Shown piece by piece: positions 1 through 8,324 of a stretch of DNA of 32,878 bases. The notes below the pieces were generated by a model, which had not been told where the DNA came from, did not search any database, and saw only the letters and a list, made by a program, of their open reading frames with translations. Each line of letters begins with the position of its first letter. Within the stretch, counting starts at the first letter, position 1. Origin of the DNA: Pseudomonadota bacterium. GTDB lineage: Bacteria > Pseudomonadota > Gammaproteobacteria > Burkholderiales > Burkholderiaceae_B. The position numbers and the translations under genes are program-made. The stretch is taken from contig JBEDEU010000001.1 in assembly GCA_041175585.1 (NCBI GenBank), positions 1 through 32,878 on the forward strand. Reading direction: 5' to 3'.

Positions 1-677
1 CCGCCGCAAATTTGTATATTCTGACCGGTAATGGCAGCAGCATGAGGATCGATCAGATAGCGAACAAGTGATGAAATTTCTTGCGGTTCGATCAACCGCC
101 CAATCGGTGGCAACACAGGCGGCGATGCGCTGCGGTCTGTCTGCTTAACCATTCCAGTATTCGTTGCGGCTGGAGAGACCACGTTAACGGTCACACCATC
201 ACGCACCACCTCGGCAGCCCAACTGCGCGCTAAAGCATTCAACGCGGATTTAGTGGCTGCGTACTGACTACGTCCCGCAATTCCTGCCGAAACGCGACTG
301 CCGATCAATACCACTCTTCCGAACTGCTGCTCTACCATCCGAGGAATTAAATGATTCCCAATTGCGCTCGCTGCTGCAACATGGACCTTCCACATCGCAT
401 CGAGATCCTCTGGAGATAAGTTCCCAAGCCGAGCGACGCGCAGTAAGCCAGCGGCGTGCACAAACACACCAACCGACGCGCAAGAGGCACCGACCTCCCG
501 CGCAGCCGAGGCATCTCGCAAATCCACAGCATGCGACACGAAGCGTTCGTGACTGATCGTTGCAGGCGATATATCTAGCCCATGCACCATCCAGCCTTCT
601 GCCAACAAGTCCTGTGCAATCGCACAACCCAGCCCAGAACTTGTTCCTGTCACTAGCGCACTGAATTTACTGCGCAC
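1..677 (-). CDS. Short-chain dehydrogenase/reductase (SDR), 3' end runs off the window
   Basis: Not in the ORF track; translated by hand from GTG at 677 (GAGG upstream): MRSKFSALVTGTSSGLGCAIA... It has TGxxxGxG, VHAAG, catalytic YAATK (YxxxK), VTVNVVSP and ITGQNIQICGG at the window edge. It overlaps the stop of the upstream Bug gene. Confidence 0.9.
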   Translation of the reverse strand, partial: MRSKFSALVTGTSSGLGCAIAQDLLAEGWMVHGLDISPATISHERFVSHAVDLRDASAAREVGASCASVGVFVHAAGLLRVARLGNLSPEDLDAMWKVHVAAASAIGNHLIPRMVEQQFGRVVLIGSRVSAGIAGRSQYAATKSALNALARSWAAEVVRDGVTVNVVSPAATNTGMVKQTDRSASPPVLPPIGRLIEPQEISSLVRYLIDPHAAAITGQNIQICG

Positions 678-1632
678 GTATATTGGCCTCTTTAATAATG
701 GTTTGCGACATCGTCATATCCGCTTTTTGAAACTTAGCAAAATCAGCAGCCGTGCCGGGATCAACGATGAGTCCTTGCTCAACGAGCTTCTTAGCCATGT
801 CACCCTTCAGTGCTGCTAAGGACTCAGCGCTCAACTTGTTAACAACGGCAGCTGGCGTACCGGCCGGTGCCCAAAGTCCGTACCAGCTATAAAACTCATA
901 GCCCGGAACAGACTCGGCAACTGTCGGGATGTCAGGCATGCTCGCCAGGCGATCCTTTGAGGTCACAGCGATAACTTTCAGCTTGCCAGCCTTTGCGAAA
1001 GACTGTGAGCCGAGAATTGGGTCGATGAAGCCATCGATACGCCCCCCAACCAAATCAGTATATGCAGGTGAAGAGCCTTTATAAGGAATCGTCACCGCAG
1101 AGATATTGCCCGCCTTCTTTAATAACTCCGTGGACAAGTGGCCTGCCGATCCAGAGGAGCCGATAGCGAACGATAGCTTGCCAGGGTTGGCATTACCGTA
1201 CGCAATCAACTCCTTCACATTATTCGCTGGCACATGGTTGCCAATGGCAACAGCAAGTGGCGCCTTTGCAACCAAGGAAATAGGGATGAAGTCTTTCTCA
1301 ACGTTGTACGGGACACCGCTAATTAGCATTGGACCAATCGTAAATGTCGATGCACTGAACAAGAGGGTGTAGCCATCTGCGGTAGCCTTAGCGACAGCAT
1401 TAGCACCGATCGTGCCACCACCGCCCGCTCTGTTTTCAACGACGAAGGACTGTCCAGTTTGCTCGGAAAGTTTCTGAGCGAGCATACGCCCGACAATATC
1501 AAGCGTTCCACCAGGCGGGAAAGGGATGATGACGTTTACAGACTTTGTTGGATAGTTTTGTGCACCTGCAGAGGCGCAAAGTAGCACCACTGATGCTGCG
1601 AGAATCATTCTGAGTGATTTTCTTAATTTCAT
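667..1632 (-). CDS. Bug/TctC-family tripartite tricarboxylate transporter substrate-binding protein
   Basis: Signal peptide ending AGA-QNYP. Family motifs IIPFPPGGTLD, VVENRAGGGG, ADGYTLL, IPYKGSSPA and PDIPTVAE. Confidence 0.93.
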   Translation of the reverse strand: MKLRKSLRMILAASVVLLCASAGAQNYPTKSVNVIIPFPPGGTLDIVGRMLAQKLSEQTGQSFVVENRAGGGGTIGANAVAKATADGYTLLFSASTFTIGPMLISGVPYNVEKDFIPISLVAKAPLAVAIGNHVPANNVKELIAYGNANPGKLSFAIGSSGSAGHLSTELLKKAGNISAVTIPYKGSSPAYTDLVGGRIDGFIDPILGSQSFAKAGKLKVIAVTSKDRLASMPDIPTVAESVPGYEFYSWYGLWAPAGTPAAVVNKLSAESLAALKGDMAKKLVEQGLIVDPGTAADFAKFQKADMTMSQTIIKEANIRAQ

Positions 1633-1665
1633 ATTAGTCTCCGTTAGTTAGGTATTTTGCTTGCA

Positions 1666-2598
1666 TTAGCGTTTCAGTAAGCCTGCATTCGCTACCGCTG
1701 CGCGTAATTGGTTGGTCTCCGCGTCGCTCGGCATCTCGGTTGGGGGCCGCACGGTCGGCGCATCGATGACGCCTGCCAAATACATTCCCATTTTCATCCG
1801 CGCATGCGCCTCGCCAGTAGGCTCTCCCCCACCGTATACAGCATCTTTTAACGGCGTGATCACTGCCTGAATTTGCATCGCCTTTCTTAAGTCCCCAGCT
1901 TGTACTGCCTGCCATAAGTCATTAATCAAGCCAGGGATAAAGGTCGCGAAACCGACCAAGGCTCCATCGACACCCTGCACCATCGATGCGAGCAGATATT
2001 CATCGTGACAGGTGAGAATGGCTTTTGTTGGATCCGCATCGCGCACAGCCTTCACGTCAGCAGCGTACTTATTCATATCTCGCTGACCCACTTTGAATGC
2101 CTGAAGGTAAGGCAACTTCGCGAGTTCAGCCATTGTTGCGGTCGAATATGAGGCGCGAGTCCAAGCAGGGTAGACGTGTGCGATCAAATCGAGCCCAGAC
2201 TCTGCAATCACGTCAAAATACTCTCGGACGTGGCTTGGGCGGAATCCGAACCGCAGCCAATGGTGCGGCGGCATCACATCCAAAGCTGTCGCACCTGCTT
2301 TTTTGGCCATCTCTGCATGTACACGAGCGTCCCTTAAGCCTTCACACACGATCGACGAAACCACAGGAGTGCGATGCGCAATCTCACTCGCAACGATCTG
2401 GGTGACCTGGGCACGCTCGTCTGGGGTTAACGAAAATACCTCACCCGTGTGACCATTTGTCATCACCGCAACGACACCGGGCTGCTGCGACAACCAAGAG
2501 GCCAGCTTGCGTAAACCCAGTTCGTCGATTTTGTGATCGGCGGTAAACGGACACGCAATAGCAGGAATGATTCCCTTATAGTTACTGATGGTCGGCAC
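1666..2598 (-). CDS. DapA/NAL-superfamily (class I aldolase-like) lyase, substrate unknown
   Basis: GIIPAIACPF, NGHTGE (GxxGE), Tyr in HVYPAW and Schiff-base Lys in AFKVG. Start moved to GTG 2598, behind an AGGGAG RBS. Confidence 0.85.
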   Translation of the reverse strand: MPTISNYKGIIPAIACPFTADHKIDELGLRKLASWLSQQPGVVAVMTNGHTGEVFSLTPDERAQVTQIVASEIAHRTPVVSSIVCEGLRDARVHAEMAKKAGATALDVMPPHHWLRFGFRPSHVREYFDVIAESGLDLIAHVYPAWTRASYSTATMAELAKLPYLQAFKVGQRDMNKYAADVKAVRDADPTKAILTCHDEYLLASMVQGVDGALVGFATFIPGLINDLWQAVQAGDLRKAMQIQAVITPLKDAVYGGGEPTGEAHARMKMGMYLAGVIDAPTVRPPTEMPSDAETNQLRAAVANAGLLKR

Positions 2599-2671
2599 GT
2601 GTAGCTCCCTATTCGTTGGCGGCAATAAGCCCGTTAATATGTATAGGTCATACTTTGCTCGTATAAGGTTT

Positions 2672-2715
2672 GCATTGCCAATGCTATTTACTTTGACTTC
2701 TATGCTTAAAAAGCA
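2672..2715. promoter_or_regulatory. Putative LysR binding region in the divergent promoter
   Basis: T-N11-A dyad TGCTT-AAA-AAGCA (2703-2715) just upstream of lysR, and a second dyad GCATTG-C-CAATGC (2672-2684). Confidence 0.45.
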
Positions 2716-2721
2716 CTGCCC

Positions 2722-3642
2722 ATGAATCCAACCTGGCTAGAAGATTTCTTGGCGCTAACAAAGTCGGGCAATTTTTCCCGAGCCGCCGAGGAGCGGCACA
2801 TGACCCAGCCTGCCTTTAGCCGGCGTATTCGCGCCCTGGAGGAATGGCTTGGTGTCGAGCTGTTCGACCGCACACATCAGCCACTAGGGTTAACCCCAGT
2901 CGGTCAATGGTTTGTGGGTGTGGCTCAGCGCGTCTTGAGTGATCTTGAACAGCTACCCGAGCAAGCACAAGCACTTTCTCAGGCCCATTCGAGCACCCTA
3001 AGGTTCGCCTCCACGCACGCCCTTTCCTTTACATTCCTTCCAAAATGGCTCCGGACGATGGAGTCTCGTATCGCAGTCGGGGGCATTGAGCTGGTGTCGG
3101 ACGTGTTTCAACGTTGCGAGTCCCTGATGCAACAAGGCAAGACGCAGTTTTTACTGACTCACGCGCATGCTCTTGTCCCCTCTACCCTCGATACCTTGAG
3201 CTTTCCCTCGGTCGTAATTGGCACCGAAGCCTTGATTCCGGTATCAGCACCCAGTGCCAAGAGCGCCAAACCATTATTCAGTTTGCCACCCACTCCCGGC
3301 ACAACGGTACCGATACTCTCATATAGCGCAGGCTCTGGGCTAGGCAGAATTTTCAGAGCCATCAAAGAAGGGGCGCTTGCGAAGCGGTCGGTCGACACCG
3401 TTTTCACAGCTGATCTAGCAACGGTCCTGAAGACGATGGTTCTCGAGCAGCGCGGGCTCGCTTGGCTGCCAACAGGCCTGATTGAGGACGAGCTTAACTC
3501 TGGACGTCTGGTGCACGCAGCTGACTCTTCCTGGGATATCGAGTTAGAGGTCAGGTTGTACCGTCAGCCCGAAATTAAATCAGCCGCTGCAAATGCACTT
3601 TGGCAGGCCATTCCCGCACCCAAAAAACTGTTGCAAGGATGA
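2722..3642 (+). CDS. LysR-family transcriptional regulator
   Basis: N-terminal HTH WLEDFLALTKSGNFSRAAEERHMTQPAFSRRIRALEEWLGVELFDR, 306 aa, divergent from the DapA-Bug-SDR operon. Confidence 0.95.
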   Translation: MNPTWLEDFLALTKSGNFSRAAEERHMTQPAFSRRIRALEEWLGVELFDRTHQPLGLTPVGQWFVGVAQRVLSDLEQLPEQAQALSQAHSSTLRFASTHALSFTFLPKWLRTMESRIAVGGIELVSDVFQRCESLMQQGKTQFLLTHAHALVPSTLDTLSFPSVVIGTEALIPVSAPSAKSAKPLFSLPPTPGTTVPILSYSAGSGLGRIFRAIKEGALAKRSVDTVFTADLATVLKTMVLEQRGLAWLPTGLIEDELNSGRLVHAADSSWDIELEVRLYRQPEIKSAAANALWQAIPAPKKLLQG

Positions 3643-3668
3643 AAAAACTGCATTAGCATGAGACATTG

Positions 3669-3686
3669 ATGTAGTGAACGCTACAT
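3669..3686. promoter_or_regulatory. Palindromic operator ATGTAG-N6-CTACAT upstream of nadC (putative TetR site)
   Basis: ATGTAGTGAACGCTACAT has perfect 6-bp arms, lies 30 nt before the nadC ATG, and is 14/18 identical to the site at 8278-8295. Confidence 0.65.
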
Positions 3687-3716
3687 AAAAATTTCCGCTT
3701 TTATAAAGGTATCCTC

Positions 3717-4547
3717 ATGTACGATCATTTCCAGATTGAGCGCCTCATTGATCTTTGGCTAACCGAAGATATTGGCTCCTGCGACCTCACTGCTCAACTC
3801 ATGATCGACGAAGATGCAATCAGCACCTTCCACATGAATGCCCGCGAGCCCATGTACATCGCCGGGATTGATGTTGCCGCGCGCATTTTCACCCGCTACG
3901 ACTCCCGTTTGACCATCACCAAACTCGTTAAAGATGGTGAGCGCGTCGAAAAAGGCAAGCGCATCATGACGATTTCGGGACCTGCCCGAAGCATCGTGAC
4001 AGCTGAGCGCCCTGCCTTGAACATCCTTCAGTTGCTCTGCGGGATTGCGACAGAGACGGCGCGCTACTGCGCCGCCATGGCTGGCACTAAAGCCAAATTG
4101 ATCGATACACGCAAAACAACACCAGGCCTGCGGATGCTGGAGAAGCATGCCGTGACCTGCGGTGGCGGCTTAAATCACCGACTCGGCCTCGACAATGGCG
4201 TGATGCTCAAAGACAACCATATCGCCATCGCTGGCAATATCAAAAAAGCTGTAGAGCGGGTGCGCGAAAGACTGCCAGTCCTCACAAAGGTGGAAGTCGA
4301 GTGCGACCGTATTGAACAAGTGCAAGAGTCCCTCGAGGCGCAGGTCGATGTGATCATGCTGGACAACATGTCCGTCGAAGAGATGGCCAAGGCCGTTAAG
4401 TTGGTGAATGGTCGAGCGAAAGTTGAGGCCTCAGGCGGCATCCGCATCGATACGATTCATGCAATCGCCATGACAGGCGTGGATTACATTTCGACCAGCA
4501 AGATCACACAAGCTGCGCCAGCAGTGGATATCGGGCTCGACGAGTAA
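3717..4547 (+). CDS. nadC: Quinolinate phosphoribosyltransferase (nicotinate-nucleotide diphosphorylase, carboxylating)
   Basis: EDIGSCDLT, AERPALN, DTRKTTPGLR, NHRLGL...MLKDNH, EVEC, IMLDNM, EASGGI and GVDYIS. AAAGGT RBS upstream. Confidence 0.93.
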   Translation: MYDHFQIERLIDLWLTEDIGSCDLTAQLMIDEDAISTFHMNAREPMYIAGIDVAARIFTRYDSRLTITKLVKDGERVEKGKRIMTISGPARSIVTAERPALNILQLLCGIATETARYCAAMAGTKAKLIDTRKTTPGLRMLEKHAVTCGGGLNHRLGLDNGVMLKDNHIAIAGNIKKAVERVRERLPVLTKVEVECDRIEQVQESLEAQVDVIMLDNMSVEEMAKAVKLVNGRAKVEASGGIRIDTIHAIAMTGVDYISTSKITQAAPAVDIGLDE

Positions 4548-4556
4548 CGCCACAGC

Positions 4557-6332
4557 ATGGCTGCAGGCAGCTTCTTTTTTGTTGTTGGCCCCAGCGGAGC
4601 AGGCAAAGACAGCCTGCTCGATGGCGTGCGGCCGTTGCTCGATCCGTCGCGCTTTATCTTTGCGAAGCGTACGATCACACGCCCTGAGGGCTCGCCGGGA
4701 GAGGTGCATACAGCATGCACTGAGGCTGATTTTGAAGCGCTCAACGCTGCCGGGAAATTCTTAATCACTTGGCAGGCGCATGGTTTGCACTACGGCCTCC
4801 CGATTGAACTCGTCGACGCACTAAAGTCTGGGCAGCATGTCATCGCGAACGGCTCGCGCAGCATGATTGCGGCGCTTAACAAACTCGTCCCGAACCTAGT
4901 TGTCATTGAAATCAACGCGCCCACTCACGTCTTAGAAGCCCGACTTAGCGCCCGTGGACGAGAGTCAGCCGATGACATTGCCAAACGCCTGAATCGCACC
5001 GTCGATTCCTACCCTGACGGCGTGCCGCTGCTCAAAGTCGTTAATGATCAATCGCTTGCAATCGGTACGATCAGATTGCAAGCGACGCTGTTGACCCACA
5101 CCGACACTGCCGCCCCCTCCTCACGCATTTTGTTTAAGAAAATTGCTGGGAACGCCTTAACGCCTGTCGAATATCAGACGGCGATTGAAACAATTCTGGC
5201 CGGCCAAACACCAGAGGCCGAGTTACAAGCATTCCTGATTGCTTGTACGGTAGAGCTGTCAGACGAGGAAATGATTGCGATTGCAAAAGCACGCACAAAG
5301 ATTCTGCCTCGCATTGACTGGGGTCGCCCCATGGTGGTCGACAAACACTCCCTCGGTGGGTTACCAGGCAGCCGCGTGACAATGGTTGTCATCCCCATCG
5401 TCGCAGCCCACGGCTTAATGATTCCCAAGACGTCCTCGCGCGCCATCACTTCCGCTGCCGGTACAGCCGACGCAATGGAAGTCATCGCAAAAGTCGATCT
5501 CACGCCCGAGGAGCTTAAACAGTGCGTTGCGAAAGCGAACGCATGCATCGCCTGGAATGGAAAACTTAATCATTCTGTCCTTGATGATGCGATGAATGCC
5601 ATCACCCGCCCTCTCGGACTGGATACGCGCAAGTGGTCTGTTGCCTCAATCCTTTCTAAAAAATACTCTGCTGGTGCAACCCATGTTGTGATTGACATTC
5701 CGTATGCGGAGGCGGGCAAGGTCAAATCGAAAGCGGACGGGATCGTCCTAGGCCAGCTCTTTGAAATGGTCGGCCGTGAATTGGGTCTGGTTGTCAAAGC
5801 CTTCGCCACAAGCGGTGAATCACCGATTGGACGGGGCATCGGCCCCTCCCTTGAGGTCCGGGATGTGTTGCAGGTACTAGAGCAGCACCCAGACGCCCCA
5901 AGCGATCTCCTAGAAAAATCACTGTTCTTTGCTAGCCAGATCTTGGCGATGGATCCCGCAGTTGGAACGGTTGAGAAAGGCGCAGAAGTCGCTCAGCGTT
6001 TATTGCATTCAGGCGCAGCGCGCCAGGCTATGGAGAACATCATTCAGGCCCAGGGTTCGCACGACTGGCCCGATCTGTCTGGCATCCTCAAACACCCTGT
6101 TTATGCGACACAGGCAGGAACCGTGCGCCAAATAGACGGCTTTGTCATCTCTGGTCTCGCGCGCATGGCAGGCGCACCCTTCGACAAACTTGCTGGCGTT
6201 GATATCGTCAAACCAGCAGGCAGCCGCGTGCAGGCTGGCGATTTACTGTACCGGATTCAATCCTGCGACCCTGCCTTGCTGAGCAAAACAGTTAAGTCGG
6301 CAGAACTAGATAACGGCTTTCGCATCGCCTAA
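4557..6332 (+). CDS. Fusion: N-terminal PhnN-like ribose-1,5-bisphosphokinase and C-terminal AMP/NMP-phosphorylase-type domain (thymidine phosphorylase family)
   Basis: Residues ~1-180 have VVGPSGAGKDSL, RTITRP, WQAHGLHYG and ANGSR (PhnN). The C-terminal part has DKHSLGGLPG, IPKTSSRAITSAAGTAD, ASILSKK, IDIP and PIGRGIGP, matching the archaeal-type AMP phosphorylase clade. It is one continuous 591-aa ORF, 9 nt after nadC. Confidence 0.88.
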   Translation: MAAGSFFFVVGPSGAGKDSLLDGVRPLLDPSRFIFAKRTITRPEGSPGEVHTACTEADFEALNAAGKFLITWQAHGLHYGLPIELVDALKSGQHVIANGSRSMIAALNKLVPNLVVIEINAPTHVLEARLSARGRESADDIAKRLNRTVDSYPDGVPLLKVVNDQSLAIGTIRLQATLLTHTDTAAPSSRILFKKIAGNALTPVEYQTAIETILAGQTPEAELQAFLIACTVELSDEEMIAIAKARTKILPRIDWGRPMVVDKHSLGGLPGSRVTMVVIPIVAAHGLMIPKTSSRAITSAAGTADAMEVIAKVDLTPEELKQCVAKANACIAWNGKLNHSVLDDAMNAITRPLGLDTRKWSVASILSKKYSAGATHVVIDIPYAEAGKVKSKADGIVLGQLFEMVGRELGLVVKAFATSGESPIGRGIGPSLEVRDVLQVLEQHPDAPSDLLEKSLFFASQILAMDPAVGTVEKGAEVAQRLLHSGAARQAMENIIQAQGSHDWPDLSGILKHPVYATQAGTVRQIDGFVISGLARMAGAPFDKLAGVDIVKPAGSRVQAGDLLYRIQSCDPALLSKTVKSAELDNGFRIA

Positions 6333-6336
6333 GCCT

Positions 6337-7536
6337 CTAGGCGTGTCCGCTCACGATCATGGGCACTTCCGTTGCGGGTGGCGTATTGCGACTGCGATGG
6401 CATCTGACCAAGCCATCGATCATGACCATACCAATGCCTGGAATATCGCCTAACTGCACGCTATCTAATAAGTCACGGCCGGCTGTGTGTTGCGCCCGAT
6501 CCATAAAGACAAAGTCGGCCGCGCGTCCTGGCTCAATCAGGCCACAGTTCAGATTACGCATGCGGGCCGTGTTTCCGGTGGCAAAGCAAAACACAAGTTC
6601 CGCTGGAATATTGCCAAGACTAGATAGCAACGCAATCATGCGCAAAATACCCAGTGGTTGCACACCGGACCCTGCAGGTCCGTCCGTGCCGAGAATCACG
6701 CGATGCGGGCACTTGAGATGAATCGCATGCTGCGCGGCAGCAATTGCTACCTTTTCGTTCCCGTTGTGAACAATTTCAATGCCGCGCGTGGATTTCTCGC
6801 ATAGCTCGCAGACATGCGCTTCAGATAAGGAGGTGTGGCCTCCGTTGATGTGACCGATGATGTCAGCGTCGGCCTCAAGAACTACGTCCTTATCAATCAA
6901 CCCCGATCCAGGAATAGAGGGCCCACCGGTATGGATCGTGCTCTGTATGCCATGTTTGCGTGCCCAGGCCACCATTTTCTGGGCCTCTTCACCTGCCTTC
7001 ACTGAGCCTAAGCCGACCTCACCTAGCAACTTCACACCCGCATCCGCAAGGTCTTTAAAGTCTTGCTCGGTCATGCCTTTTTCAATCACCGGGGCACCAG
7101 CCAGCACTTTGACGCCGCCTGGTCTAAAACTATCAAACGCGCGTTGCGCCGTAATGGCCAAGGCCTTCAGACCGACAATATCCTTCGGCCGACCTGGTAG
7201 GTGCACTTCCCCTGCTGAAATCATTGTCGTCACACCGCCATTCATGGTGGACTCGATCCAACCCAACTGATTCTGCCGAGGTGTCCAGTCACCAAAAACA
7301 GGATGCACATGACTATCGATCAGCCCGGGTGCCAAACACGTCTTTCTAGCATCGATCAGCAAATCCGCATGCGCGGTATCGCAATCTTTTTCCTTACCAA
7401 CCGCCGTAATAATCCCATCTTGCACCACGACCGTGTCGGCGTCCAAAATTGGTCGATCGAGGTCGCCCGACAGCAGCAACCCGATATTTTTAATAACGAC
7501 TTTTCCAGATTTCTCTTCAACGGCGGCGTGAGCCAT
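6337..7536 (-). CDS. ena: Enamidase (amidohydrolase of nicotinate catabolism)
   Basis: PGLIDSHVH metal motif. Segments IKNIGLLLSGD, GGVTTMISAG, PGRPKD, GEVGLG, HTGGPSIPGS, HINGG, GDIPGI and SRNTPPA match my recollection of Eubacterium barkeri enamidase. It lies near hnr. Confidence 0.88.
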   Translation of the reverse strand: MAHAAVEEKSGKVVIKNIGLLLSGDLDRPILDADTVVVQDGIITAVGKEKDCDTAHADLLIDARKTCLAPGLIDSHVHPVFGDWTPRQNQLGWIESTMNGGVTTMISAGEVHLPGRPKDIVGLKALAITAQRAFDSFRPGGVKVLAGAPVIEKGMTEQDFKDLADAGVKLLGEVGLGSVKAGEEAQKMVAWARKHGIQSTIHTGGPSIPGSGLIDKDVVLEADADIIGHINGGHTSLSEAHVCELCEKSTRGIEIVHNGNEKVAIAAAQHAIHLKCPHRVILGTDGPAGSGVQPLGILRMIALLSSLGNIPAELVFCFATGNTARMRNLNCGLIEPGRAADFVFMDRAQHTAGRDLLDSVQLGDIPGIGMVMIDGLVRCHRSRNTPPATEVPMIVSGHA

Positions 7537-7548
7537 ACTTGTCTTCCT

Positions 7549-8241
7549 TCAGGAGTTAGAGGAGTCGGGTGCAATCGTCTTGAGCACCGTAGAGATAACG
7601 AAGTTTTCCCACTGATCGAACGCACTTTGCGCCTCTAAGTTTTCACCTAGAAACGCAGATAAGGTGTAGCGGTTCGATTGATAAAAATATCCGAGCGCAG
7701 CGATCATCATGTAGAGGTCACGCGCCTTGAGCTGACTCGTAAACACGCCGGTCTGGGCACCGGTGGCTAGCACCTGATCGATCACACCGATGGCCGTAGA
7801 GGAATAATCACGGAAGTTGGCCTGACCGATATGCTTACCTTTATGTAAGTTCTCAATGTTGAGTAGGGTCACAAACTCAGGGTGATCGCGGTAGTAGCGC
7901 AAAATGAATTGAACAATTTTCTCGAGCGAGCGCAACGGGTCAAGCAAGTCAAGCTTGAGCTTTGACTCGGCCACGTTAAACCGTTTGTAGATTTCCTCAA
8001 TCACCGCAACAAACAGCCCTTCCTTATTACCGAAATAGTAGTAAATCATCCGGTCATGGGACTTGGCAGCTTTAGAAATCTTATCGACACTCCCGCCATC
8101 CAAGCCATATTGCGCAAAGATCTTGATAGCCGCACGCAAGAGACTCGCACGGGTCGCTAGGGCAGCTTTTTCCCGCACCCCTAACTTTCGTGGGGCGTCG
8201 TCCTGCAGCGAACTGTTTGGGGACTGAATCATAAGAGTCAT
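7549..8241 (-). CDS. TetR-family transcriptional regulator (NicS/RutR-like)
   Basis: HTH LLRAAIKIFAQYGLDGGSVDKISKAAKSHDRMIYYYFGNKEGLF, with C-terminal LLNIENLH and YQSNRYTLS. Divergent from hnr and co-oriented with ena. Confidence 0.92.
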   Translation of the reverse strand: MTLMIQSPNSSLQDDAPRKLGVREKAALATRASLLRAAIKIFAQYGLDGGSVDKISKAAKSHDRMIYYYFGNKEGLFVAVIEEIYKRFNVAESKLKLDLLDPLRSLEKIVQFILRYYRDHPEFVTLLNIENLHKGKHIGQANFRDYSSTAIGVIDQVLATGAQTGVFTSQLKARDLYMMIAALGYFYQSNRYTLSAFLGENLEAQSAFDQWENFVISTVLKTIAPDSSNS

Positions 8242-8277
8242 TGCCAGAGGGCAACAAATGTAATAAGGTACTAATTA

Positions 8278-8295
8278 ATGTAGTAATTGCAACAT
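8278..8295. promoter_or_regulatory. Palindromic operator ATGTAG-N6-CAACAT in the tetR/hnr divergent promoter
   Basis: ATGTAGTAATTGCAACAT is an imperfect dyad 29 nt before the hnr ATG. An extra half-site ATGTAATAA lies 20 bp upstream (8258). Confidence 0.65.
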
Positions 8296-8324
8296 GAAAT
8301 TTTGACAAAAGCTAGTGGATTCGA

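Noticed and set aside
268-627. ORF-track ORFs 268..627, 347..532 and 362..556
   Set aside because: They are alternative frames over the real SDR gene (677 to the window edge).
1666-2598. Calling this lysine-biosynthetic dapA
   Set aside because: The motifs are divergent and the context is catabolic (Bug, SDR, LysR). Only the family assignment is supported.
3717-4547. ModD (NadC-like, molybdenum-associated) instead of NadC
   Set aside because: The canonical NadC motifs DTRKTTPGLR and KDNH are present.
4557-6332. Phosphonate utilisation gene, classical thymidine phosphorylase, or artefactual fusion
   Set aside because: There are no other phn genes, the motifs are of the AMP-phosphorylase type, and the frame is continuous with a short linker.
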